Part shown: positions 37,947-45,865 of the stretch, one piece after another
How the letters are laid out: each line of letters opens with the position of its first letter
How positions within the stretch are numbered: position 1 is the stretch's first letter
Source: Escherichia phage mEp460_ev081
DNA: 45,865 bases
Direction: 5' to 3' (one strand)
Sequence record: LR597641
Program-made: the position numbers and the translations under genes
The notes under the pieces: generated by a model
Database searches by the model: none
What the model saw: the letters and a program-made list of their open reading frames with translations, nothing else
What the model was told of the DNA's origin: nothing

Positions 37947-38303
37947 ATGCTCATAGATTTGGTTTTACCTTACCCGCCGACGGTGAACACTTACTGGCGA
38001 CGCCGTGGCAGCACATATTTTATCTCGGAGGAGGGAAAGCGTTATCGCCGGGCTGTGGCGCTTATTGTTCGCCAGCAGCGGCTGAAATTAAGCCTGTCCG
38101 GAAGGCTGGCGATAAAGGTGATTGCAGAGCCACCGGATAAGCGTCGTCGCGACCTGGACAATATCCTGAAAGCACCGCTGGATGCGCTGACGCATGCGGG
38201 AGTGTTAATGGACGATGAGCAGTTTGATGAAATCAATATCGTTCGTGGTCAGCCAGTATCTGGCGGACGTCTGGGGGTGAAGATTTACCCCATAATGCAT
38301 TAA
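37947..38303 (+). CDS. rusA: Holliday junction resolvase RusA
   Basis: 118 aa with RusA-family motifs (PPTVNTYWRRRG...PDKRRRDLDNILKAPLDALTHAGV..DDEQ); canonical nin-region location upstream of Q. Confidence 0.9.
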   Translation: MLIDLVLPYPPTVNTYWRRRGSTYFISEEGKRYRRAVALIVRQQRLKLSLSGRLAIKVIAEPPDKRRRDLDNILKAPLDALTHAGVLMDDEQFDEINIVRGQPVSGGRLGVKIYPIMH

Positions 38304-38317
38304 GAGCAGGTCAAAAA

Positions 38318-39139
38318 ATGAAACTGGAAGATTTACCGAAATACTACTCCCCAAAATCCCCTGGCCTGACCGATGCATCGGCCTCAACGTCAAAAGATGC
38401 GCTGAGTATCACTGATGTGATGGCCGCGCAGGGCATGACACAGAATCGGGCTGAGATGGGTTTTTCTGCGTTCCTGGGGAAAATGGGCATCAGTATGAAT
38501 GACAGGGCGCGGGCAACAGAATTACTGGCAGATTATGCACTCAGTCGGTGCGATCGTGTGGCGGCGTTGAGAAAACTTCCGGCAGAAATAAAACCGGTAG
38601 TGATGCGCATTATGGCTTCGTACGCTTTTGAGGATTATGCCCGCAGCGCAGCGAGTAAAAAGCAGTGCCCTTGTTGCTATGGGGAAAAATTTATTGAAAG
38701 CATAGTTTTTACAAACAAGGTCCAGTATCCGGATGGTAAGCCGCCGGTATGGGCAAAGTGTACGAAAGGTGTGTATCCGTCTTACTGGGAAGAATGGAAA
38801 AAAGTCAGGGAGGTGGTAAAAGTTGCCTGTCCGGAGTGTGGCGGAAAGGGTGAGGTTTCCACCGCCTGTAAGGATTGCCGTGGGCGTGGTGTCGCCATTC
38901 ATCGTGAAGAGTCGGTAAAACGTGGTATGCCTGTTGTCAGAGACTGCCAGCGTTGTGGTGGTCGTGGCTATGAAAGACTACCATCAACGGAGGCATTTAA
39001 TGCTATATGCGAGGTGACAAACCAGATAACACGCGCGTCATGGGAAAAAACAGTTAAGAAATTCTATGATGCGCTGGTGACCCGGTTTGATATTGAAGAA
39101 GCATGGGCTGAGCGGCAGTTAAAAAAGGTAACTAGGTAA
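38318..39139 (+). CDS. Late-gene antiterminator Q (QuuQ-like, zinc-binding)
   Basis: 273 aa with multiple CxxC pairs (CPCCYGEK, CPECGGKG, CKDCRGRG, CQRCGGRG); followed by a promoter and short terminated leader, then late genes. Confidence 0.75.
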   Translation: MKLEDLPKYYSPKSPGLTDASASTSKDALSITDVMAAQGMTQNRAEMGFSAFLGKMGISMNDRARATELLADYALSRCDRVAALRKLPAEIKPVVMRIMASYAFEDYARSAASKKQCPCCYGEKFIESIVFTNKVQYPDGKPPVWAKCTKGVYPSYWEEWKKVREVVKVACPECGGKGEVSTACKDCRGRGVAIHREESVKRGMPVVRDCQRCGGRGYERLPSTEAFNAICEVTNQITRASWEKTVKKFYDALVTRFDIEEAWAERQLKKVTR

Positions 39140-39144
39140 CAAGG

Positions 39145-39172
39145 TTGATTTTTCCGGAATCTGTGGTAAATT
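39145..39172 (+). promoter_or_regulatory. Putative late promoter pR'
   Basis: TTGATT, 16-nt spacer, TG-extended TAAATT -10 immediately downstream of Q. Confidence 0.5.
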
Positions 39173-39220
39173 CGTCATAATGATGGGCTTTTTATGCCTG
39201 ACGTTAGAAGAGTTTCTACA

Positions 39221-39246
39221 ACCCGCCGCCGAGCGGGTTTTTTATT
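39221..39246 (+). terminator. Putative tR' terminator of the short pR' leader
   Basis: cccgccgccgagcggg hairpin followed by ttttttatt about 50 nt downstream of the promoter. Confidence 0.55.
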
Positions 39247-39282
39247 GCGGAATTAATTACGGACCGTTATTATTCTGCTCCC

Positions 39283-39358
39283 GGCCCTTTAGCTCAGTGG
39301 TGAGAGCGAGCGACTCATAATCGCCAGGTCGCTGGTTCAAATCCAGCAAGGGCCACCA
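39283..39358 (+). tRNA. tRNA with CAU anticodon (Met, or Ile2 if lysidine-modified; ileZ-like)
   Basis: 76-nt cloverleaf: acceptor GGCCCTT/AAGGGCC, D-arm AGCTCAGTGG, anticodon loop CTCATAA, T-arm GGTTCAAATCC, 3' CCA. Confidence 0.85.
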
Positions 39359-39458
39359 TCACAAACCGCCATTAGCTTATCAGGAAGAGCAGACGACACG
39401 ATAACAGGGTTGTTGGTGCGGGGGCGGGTCCCCGATGGCGGTCCATTATCGGTATTCA

Positions 39459-39535
39459 GCGTTGTTAGCTCAGCCGGACAGAGCAATTGCCTTCTAAGCA
39501 ATCGGTCACTGGTTCGAATCCAGTACAGCGCGCCA
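39459..39535 (+). tRNA. tRNA-Arg (UCU anticodon; argN/argO-like)
   Basis: 77-nt cloverleaf: acceptor GCGTTGT/ACAGCGC, anticodon loop CTTCTAA, T-arm GGTTCGAATCC, 3' CCA. Confidence 0.85.
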
Positions 39536-39645
39536 TATTCATTCTTCCAGATTCCTTCCGGCAGAGCCTTATACTGGAATATACCTGGCTCAGGATATTG
39601 TTGAAAACATAATATGTTTGTCAAAAATAAAAGTTCTGTTAAGTA

Positions 39646-39999
39646 TTGATTGAGTGTTTGTTATACGGTCTAATGGTTTTTTCAGCATTAAATATTTATC
39701 ATTCATATGGTGTGGGTAGAGTGAATATTGATGAGGCGTCGGGGTGTTTCATCCTTAGGCAGCGTATTGATATAGTCAATGCAGCACGAGCAAAGGCCTT
39801 CAGCCGTTTGACAGTTTTGTTCTGTGCTCCTGATCGTCTTTCGGGAAGAGACGTTATTATTCTGAATAGTGATGCTATACAGAGGGTTTGCGATGAGTTC
39901 ATGGTTGCTAATTCAGAATTATTTGCTCTTGTTCAGGAGTACAACAGAATAGCCAGGACCTGTGGTATGGATGAACTTCGGATTACTCATCTGGGGTAG
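39646..39999 (+). CDS. Hypothetical protein (uncertain start)
   Basis: 117-aa ORF (non-ATG first codon) after the tRNAs in the cargo position before lysis genes; no motifs recognised. Confidence 0.35.
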   Translation: MIECLLYGLMVFSALNIYHSYGVGRVNIDEASGCFILRQRIDIVNAARAKAFSRLTVLFCAPDRLSGRDVIILNSDAIQRVCDEFMVANSELFALVQEYNRIARTCGMDELRITHLG

Positions 40000-40473
40000 A
40001 TACATATCTGGATTATCACCTGTTACGGTAAAAAGTGATTGCTTACTGTTTTTGTGAATGGCATTGCAGCAGCCGGATAATGTCAGTGCTGGCTGACGGT
40101 GTGCTGGTGGCGGGTGTGGTGGTTGTTGCTTTCCCGTTGCTGAAAAAGAAAACGCCAGACTGTTAGCCGGGTATCAGTTAGCGGGAGAAATTTTTAAATA
40201 CTTCACAATTCAGGCGGTTGACTGTTCTCTGGTTTGCGGGGAGTTTGTTAAAAGAAACTGGCATGGTGAATCCCCCTGTGCGGAGGGGCAATCAGCGAGT
40301 AGGTATATGGGATAATCGCGGATTCAGGTGCTGGTACTGAATTCACCGGGAGGCACCCGGCACCATGCACTTCAATAGATTCTCTCCACATTATGGATAT
40401 TCTTTCAGAATATCCCACGCAGACTTTGTGTAAATGTTAACAAATGTGCGTTTTATTTGATCTGATTCGCTGT

Positions 40474-40503
40474 TTGAGCGTCCAAAACAACGGTATATAT
40501 AAT
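40474..40503 (+). promoter_or_regulatory. Putative promoter of the lipoprotein moron
   Basis: TTGAGC, about 18-nt spacer, TATAAT, about 30 nt upstream of the lipoprotein start. Confidence 0.45.
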
Positions 40504-40532
40504 CCTTTACTATATGACATATGTGAGGAAAA

Positions 40533-40961
40533 ATGGGTTTTCGTAGCGCATCAATTCTTACGTTGATTATTAGTGGGATTATTATCGGGTGCACTGATGC
40601 TGTATCGACAAATTATCATGACCGTACATCATATTACTCCGATAAAGCAATAGAGACACAGTATGTGAGTTCATCTGAACGTACTTCTGATGTTAGTGAG
40701 GATATCCGTCTGTATGCCCATCAAATCAAGAGCGCCATCGAAAAACAGTTCGGGGATGCGAGTAAGTATTCAGGAAAAGAGTGTACACTGAGAATGCATA
40801 TGGCCCCGAATGGCCTTCTACTGGAGGTTAAAAGAGAAAGTGGAGACCTCGATTTATGTCGTGAAGCGATGAATGCGATAAAGAATGCTGATATACCTGC
40901 CCCCCCTTCGCCGGAAGTATATAAAGTATTTCAAAATGGGGTGCTGGATTTTAAACCCTGA
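40533..40961 (+). CDS. Lipoprotein with TolA C-terminal (domain III)-like domain
   Basis: 142 aa; signal peptide with lipobox IIGC; C-terminal approx. 80 aa (YAHQIKSAIEKQFGDASKYSGKECTLRMHMAPNGLLLEVKRESGDLDLCREAMNAIKNADIPAPPSPEVYKVFQNGVLDFKP) closely resemble the C-terminus of E. coli TolA as I recall it. Confidence 0.75.
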   Translation: MGFRSASILTLIISGIIIGCTDAVSTNYHDRTSYYSDKAIETQYVSSSERTSDVSEDIRLYAHQIKSAIEKQFGDASKYSGKECTLRMHMAPNGLLLEVKRESGDLDLCREAMNAIKNADIPAPPSPEVYKVFQNGVLDFKP

Positions 40962-41111
40962 TATTTATTGTTTTGTAATAAACGGTTTCGGCTTAGGTTT
41001 GTTCTGACACAACTACGGCACTGAGCTAAATTTAGCGGATAGTCAGCTCTGAGCCAGTGGCGGACGTAACAACTACTATTGCTGAGATTTTAATGGATTG
41101 AGGAGCAAGAA

Positions 41112-41507
41112 GTGGGATTAAAGAAAATCGTTATGTTGACTTTTTGGGTCGGTTTTGTTGCGGGATGCACACCTTTACACCCTTCAGATTGCCACAAAAC
41201 TACTGCTACAGGTAGTTGCAGTTCAGGACGCTGGGATGATCAGGATGAATGGGGGGCGCAAGCGCGGGGAATCAGAGCTGCAATTAATGCCAAACTTGAT
41301 GAGCCGCATAACTGGAAAGGGAAAAAATGCAGGTTGCATATGGAATTCTCTCAGGATGGCACGGCGTTAAAAATATCTACCAGTAACGGTGATAAAGCCT
41401 ATTGCGAAGCGATAAAGTCCGCAGCTCATAAAGCCAAATTTCCGGCCTTCAACAATCCGGAAGTCTACAGAGATTTTCAGAAATCTGGCTTTGACATGCG
41501 AGGTTAG
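41112..41507 (+). CDS. Lipoprotein with TolA C-terminal-like domain (paralog of 40533-40961)
   Basis: 131 aa; lipobox VAGC; C-terminal KGKKCRLHMEFSQDGTALKISTSNGDKAYCEAIKSAAHKAKFPAFNNPEVYRDFQKSGFD shares the same pattern as the upstream paralog and TolA domain III. Confidence 0.75.
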   Translation: MGLKKIVMLTFWVGFVAGCTPLHPSDCHKTTATGSCSSGRWDDQDEWGAQARGIRAAINAKLDEPHNWKGKKCRLHMEFSQDGTALKISTSNGDKAYCEAIKSAAHKAKFPAFNNPEVYRDFQKSGFDMRG

Positions 41508-41630
41508 CTCTTCAATTACTATATCTCATTCATAGCAAACTGACAGATTTGATGATGTTCTATATACGAAACCTGTGATGTCAAGTCTGAGCTAATACAA
41601 ATAAACATAATATCAGAGAAATACATTTTA

Positions 41631-41656
41631 TTAGCTCGCTACGGCGAGCTTTTTAT
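41631..41656 (+). terminator. Rho-independent terminator after the lipoprotein pair
   Basis: agctcgctacggcgagct hairpin followed by ttttat. Confidence 0.5.
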
Positions 41657-41758
41657 ATTGCATCGTCTCCAGCATATATATCAATTAAGGCTCTGATTGA
41701 TGTGTCTGGAAGCCTACACATAATAACTATGCCATCCGTTCCGTGCGGAGGTGAGGCT

Positions 41759-41974
41759 ATGAAATCCATGGACAAAATTTCAACAGGCATTGCCTACGGC
41801 ACCTCCGCAGGCAGTGCTGGCTACTGGTTTTTACAGCTGCTCGATAAAGTCACGCCCTCACAGTGGGCAGCAATAGGTGTGCTGGGTAGCCTGGTATTTG
41901 GCCTGCTGACGTACCTGACAAATCTTTATTTCAAGATTAAAGAAGACAGGCGTAAGGCTGCGAGAGGAGAGTAA
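41759..41974 (+). CDS. Holin, phage 21 S21 pinholin type
   Basis: 71 aa [26 protein letters not shown]...[13 protein letters not shown]...[17 protein letters not shown]; dual-start MKSM motif; two TM segments. Confidence 0.9.
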   Translation: MKSMDKISTGIAYGTSAGSAGYWFLQLLDKVTPSQWAAIGVLGSLVFGLLTYLTNLYFKIKEDRRKAARGE

Positions 41975-41978
41975 TCCA

Positions 41979-42286
41979 ATGACTCAATACTATGAACTGG
42001 TTGTGAAAGGAGTCCGTAATTTTGAGAATAAAGTTACGGTAACTGTAGCCTTACAGGACAAAGAACGCTTTGACGGTGAAATTTTTGGCCTGGATGTCGC
42101 CATGGACCGTGTTGAAGGAGCTGCGCTGGAGTTTTATGAGGCAGCAGCCAGAATGAGCGTCCGGCAAGTCTTCCTGGAAGTAGCAGAAAAATTGTCAGAA
42201 AAAGTTGAGTCTTATCTGCAGCATCAGTACTCCTTTAAGATTGAAAATCCTGCCAATAAGCACGAGCGTCCTCATCATAAATATCT

Positions 42287-42290
<4 letters not shown>
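41979..42290 (+). CDS. YdfR-like protein (DUF1327), inserted between holin and endolysin
   Basis: 103-aa ORF in the same position as ydfR in Qin (between essQ and rrrQ). Confidence 0.65.
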
Positions 42291-43314
<1,024 letters not shown>

Positions 43315-43677
43315 ATTAATATTAAATCGGATTATTTTTAGCGCTGAATGTGAAATTTAAATAAAAAGGACTCTTCCATGAGTCAAAATCCTTGAAATCT
43401 TAAGGGTAAGATAAAAGGTCATTAGACAGAATGACACGTTTTATTAATAAATAAAGCTATTGTTTCATTCGTGTGTTTTTCTTTACAAAAGTAATCCTTG
43501 CTATGGTTGGTTAATCATGCGTTAATGGTGTTCTGGTTTGTTACAAAATTATCTGAAGCAGTCATTGTTATAATTTTATTATTTGTACCTCTTGAGATTT
43601 CCTTGTTGGTTTTTCTCTCTGATATTTTTTTTCGGACCATTCTGCCCAAGGGCTAACTTCTTCAAAAGGTAATAATG

Positions 43678-43890
43678 ATGTCTAACAAAATGACTGGTTT
43701 AGTGAAATGGTTTAACCCTGAAAAAGGTTTTGGTTTCATCACGCCGAAAGATGGTAGCAAAGATGTGTTTGTGCATTTCTCAGCTATTCAGAGCAACGAT
43801 TTCAAAACGTTAACTGAGAATCAGGAAGTCGAATTTGGTATTGAGAACGGACCTAAAGGCCCTGCAGCTGTTCATGTAGTGGCACTTTGA
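43678..43890 (+). CDS. Cold-shock protein (CspA family; CspI/CspB-like)
   Basis: 70 aa with RNP motifs (KGFGFI, VFVHF); long AT-rich 5' UTR typical of csp genes. Confidence 0.9.
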   Translation: MSNKMTGLVKWFNPEKGFGFITPKDGSKDVFVHFSAIQSNDFKTLTENQEVEFGIENGPKGPAAVHVVAL

Positions 43891-44093
43891 GGTAGAAAAT
43901 ATTACAAACCATATTCACTTTAGATGCCCGTGTTGCCATGGTTCTCAGTATAGAACATCATCTTTTGATGTTTCTGACAGAAATCCTTTCGGGGCAAAAT
44001 GTATCTTTTGTAAATCAATGATGATTACATTTGATAATATTTCACAATACTTAAATGTTAGCCATCTGTCGTTAGATTTAAGAAAGTGAAAAT

Positions 44094-44118
44094 GAAGGCT
44101 CCTTCGGGAGCTTTTTTG
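44094..44118 (+). terminator. Rho-independent terminator after csp
   Basis: gaaggctccttcgggagc hairpin followed by ttttttg. Confidence 0.55.
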
Positions 44119-44161
44119 CTTAGTGTCTAGTCGATGGATACTCACATATTACGGTAACATT

Positions 44162-44392
44162 ATGAAAAAAATAATAGTTTTTTTTAACTCTGAACCAGCA
44201 ATGGTAGTGCCAGTGATGACCGGAGTTAACACCATCATGCGTGAATATCCAAATGGCGAAACAACACACCTCACTGTAATGGCTGCAGGGTTTCCATCTC
44301 TGACCGGAGATCATAAAGTCATTTATGTAGCAGCGGATCGACATGTAACTTCAGAAGAAATTCTGGAAGCAGCAATGAGACTCTTGAATTGA
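44162..44392 (+). CDS. Hypothetical protein (YnfN-like position)
   Basis: 76-aa ORF from MKKIIVFFN... between the csp and gns-like genes, as in the Qin cspI-ynfN-gnsB cluster. Confidence 0.45.
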   Translation: MKKIIVFFNSEPAMVVPVMTGVNTIMREYPNGETTHLTVMAAGFPSLTGDHKVIYVAADRHVTSEEILEAAMRLLN

Positions 44393-44564
44393 TTTGATTC
44401 TAATGCATTGATAATAAATGATAATCATCTTTATCTGTTTGTGTGAAATTTAGACCGTCGTATGTTGATTATTGCGATGTTTCATCTTATCTTTTATACG
44501 TTTGCTCCATATAATTGACACTACTGTGTACCAGGACAGTCATAACAGACTAAAAGAGGAAATG

Positions 44565-44738
44565 ATGAACATTGAAGAGTTAAAAACAAAAACAGAAGCA
44601 GATATTTCTGAATATATAACAAAAAAAATCATTGAGCTTAAGAAAAAGACCGGGAAAGAAGTTACCAGTATCCAGTTTACTGCACGGGAAAAAATGACTG
44701 GTCTTGAAAGCTATGATATCAAGATTGATTTAATCTAG
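44565..44738 (+). CDS. GnsA/GnsB-family protein
   Basis: 57 aa MNIEELKTKTEADISEYITKKIIELKKKTGKEVTSIQFTAREKMTGLESYDIKIDLI, resembling GnsB as recalled; RBS agagga. Confidence 0.7.
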   Translation: MNIEELKTKTEADISEYITKKIIELKKKTGKEVTSIQFTAREKMTGLESYDIKIDLI

Positions 44739-45033
44739 CATGTTTATAGTATTAGCATCAATTTCTCATCAGATGCTATTCAACAATACAAATTACCCAT
44801 AAACCTCGTTTTTACGGGGTTTTGTTATATTTAAACATTACTGAATAGATATAAATCTCGATTGTCGATGGTATTGGTTGTGTGACAATACCTAGTCTTT
44901 CCGGTATGCCTGAAGAGAATACAAACGACAGATTATGTAAGGGAAACGCGCTGAAACTTTCACTCTTTCATGCTGAGTGATTTGACGTTATATTTTTAGC
45001 CGCAAGTGAAGAGCAAACGAATGGAGCGACAAA

Positions 45034-45240
45034 ATGCATAAAGATCAATACACTGATGCCCCCTCCCAGGAGCAGGTTCGTGTAAAAACTATGCTTAATA
45101 GCACCATTTCGATGGGTTACCCGGATGTTGTAATTGCATGTATAGAACATCAAGTATCTCTGGAAGCATTCAGGGCAATTGAGGCCGCGTTAGTAAAGCA
45201 CGATAAGAATACGAAGGATTATTCCCTGGTGGTTGACTGA
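45034..45240 (+). CDS. Hypothetical protein
   Basis: 68-aa ORF with RBS (ggagcgacaaaATG) between the gns-like gene and cos. Confidence 0.45.
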   Translation: MHKDQYTDAPSQEQVRVKTMLNSTISMGYPDVVIACIEHQVSLEAFRAIEAALVKHDKNTKDYSLVVD

Positions 45241-45603
45241 TCACCATAACTGCTAACCATTCTGACCATTTCACAAGTGACAGAGTCAATATCGTATTCT
45301 GTCACTGTAAGGCTAATACAGTACTGCAATTCAACTACAGCAATGCCTCGTATTTAGGTGAATTTACAATATCGTCCAGTTCGGATGCCGGCTGCATTTC
45401 TGAAGATAAGGCATTTCGGTTCGCGTATTTTCCCCTCATGCTCGTCAGTCCTGCGCGTAGTAAGAAACAGGACACTCACACTAATTTGTGTGGGCATGCT
45501 GTGATGTCCTTCTGAATTATCCCCATGCCATTATGTAACGCTCTGTTTCAGATGCTCGTCACGGTTGTCAGGCTGTCGGGTCCTCCCAGTGGGGGTCCCT
45601 GCC

Positions 45604-45623
45604 ACGGGGCGGGAGCGTCGCGG
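45604..45623. other. Putative cohesive-end site (cosN-like)
   Basis: ACGGGGCGGGAGCGTCGCGG followed by aaaaaggctagtttttgaaatttcatccg parallels the lambda cos region as recalled (ACGGGGCGGCGACCTCGCGG gttttcgctatttatgaaaattttccgg); the small terminase gene lies about 270 bp downstream across the window junction. Confidence 0.5.
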
Positions 45624-45628
45624 AAAAA

Positions 45629-45824
45629 GGCTAGTTTTTGAAATTTCATCCGTCATCACCACTACTGTAATAGATTGATATTACAGTATTTTTATTTTTG
45701 TGGTGTCGATTTTGATTGTTTTTTGTGGCTAGTTTTTGAAATTTCATCCGTCATCACCACTACTGTAATAGATTGATATTACAGTATTTTTATTTTTGTG
45801 GTGTCGATTTTGATTGTTTTTTGT
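45629..45824. repeat. Perfect tandem direct repeat (2 x 98 bp) in the cosB position, each unit containing a 10-bp-arm palindrome
   Basis: Unit ggctagtttttgaaatttcatccgtcatcaccactactgtaatagattgatattacagtatttttatttttgtggtgtcgattttgattgttttttgt occurs twice in tandem; each contains TACTGTAATA-gattga-TATTACAGTA. Confidence 0.85.
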
Positions 45825-45865
45825 TCATCACTAACACCGTTTGCCTAAAGTCGTTCGCAAGATGC

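Noticed and set aside
39337-39624. 95-aa minus-strand ORF and 64-aa plus-strand ORF (39410-39604) across the tRNA genes
   Set aside because: Both are translations through the two tRNA genes and their spacer.
39536-41700. Shiga toxin or other AB5 toxin genes downstream of the tRNAs
   Set aside because: No ORFs with StxA/StxB-like size or arrangement; the slot is occupied by a 117-aa hypothetical and the two TolA-like lipoproteins.
45629-45824. Tandem repeat as a possible CRISPR array
   Set aside because: Only two 98-bp units with no spacers and no cas genes; position fits the cosB region instead.

Overview
This window reads as a complete, circularly permuted genome of a temperate lambdoid siphovirus of Enterobacteriaceae, opened just upstream of the small terminase gene, with a lambda-like cos site near the 3' end (about 45604-45623). 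All calls are from reading the sequence and ORF track against remembered protein families; no searches were run. Layout: + strand 26-22738 is a lambda-type morphogenesis block (terminase, gpW, portal, protease-capsid fusion, FII/Z/U/V/G/GT/H/M/L/K/I/J, Lom, Stf, Tfa). A Pin-like invertase, integrase, excisionase and a large exonuclease gene lie on the - strand (22836-28919), followed by a Qin-type dicB operon with DicF sRNA and a DicA/DicC-type immunity switch (29012-31494). Rightward genes then give a replication initiator with internal iterons, an AT-rich cargo island, hok, DUF968, RusA, Q, two tRNAs, a second cargo island, a phage-21-type lysis cassette and csp/gns accessory genes. The two best candidates for an undescribed function are a self-contained moron encoding two paralogous lipoproteins with TolA C-terminal-domain-like sequence (40474-41656), and an AT-rich 449-aa orphan gene beside a palindrome, a small hydrophobic ORF and hok (33400-35710). 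Single-base coordinates for RNA and regulatory sites are approximate, because in one stretch (around 29161-29221) my reading of the sequence text disagreed with the ORF track by one base.
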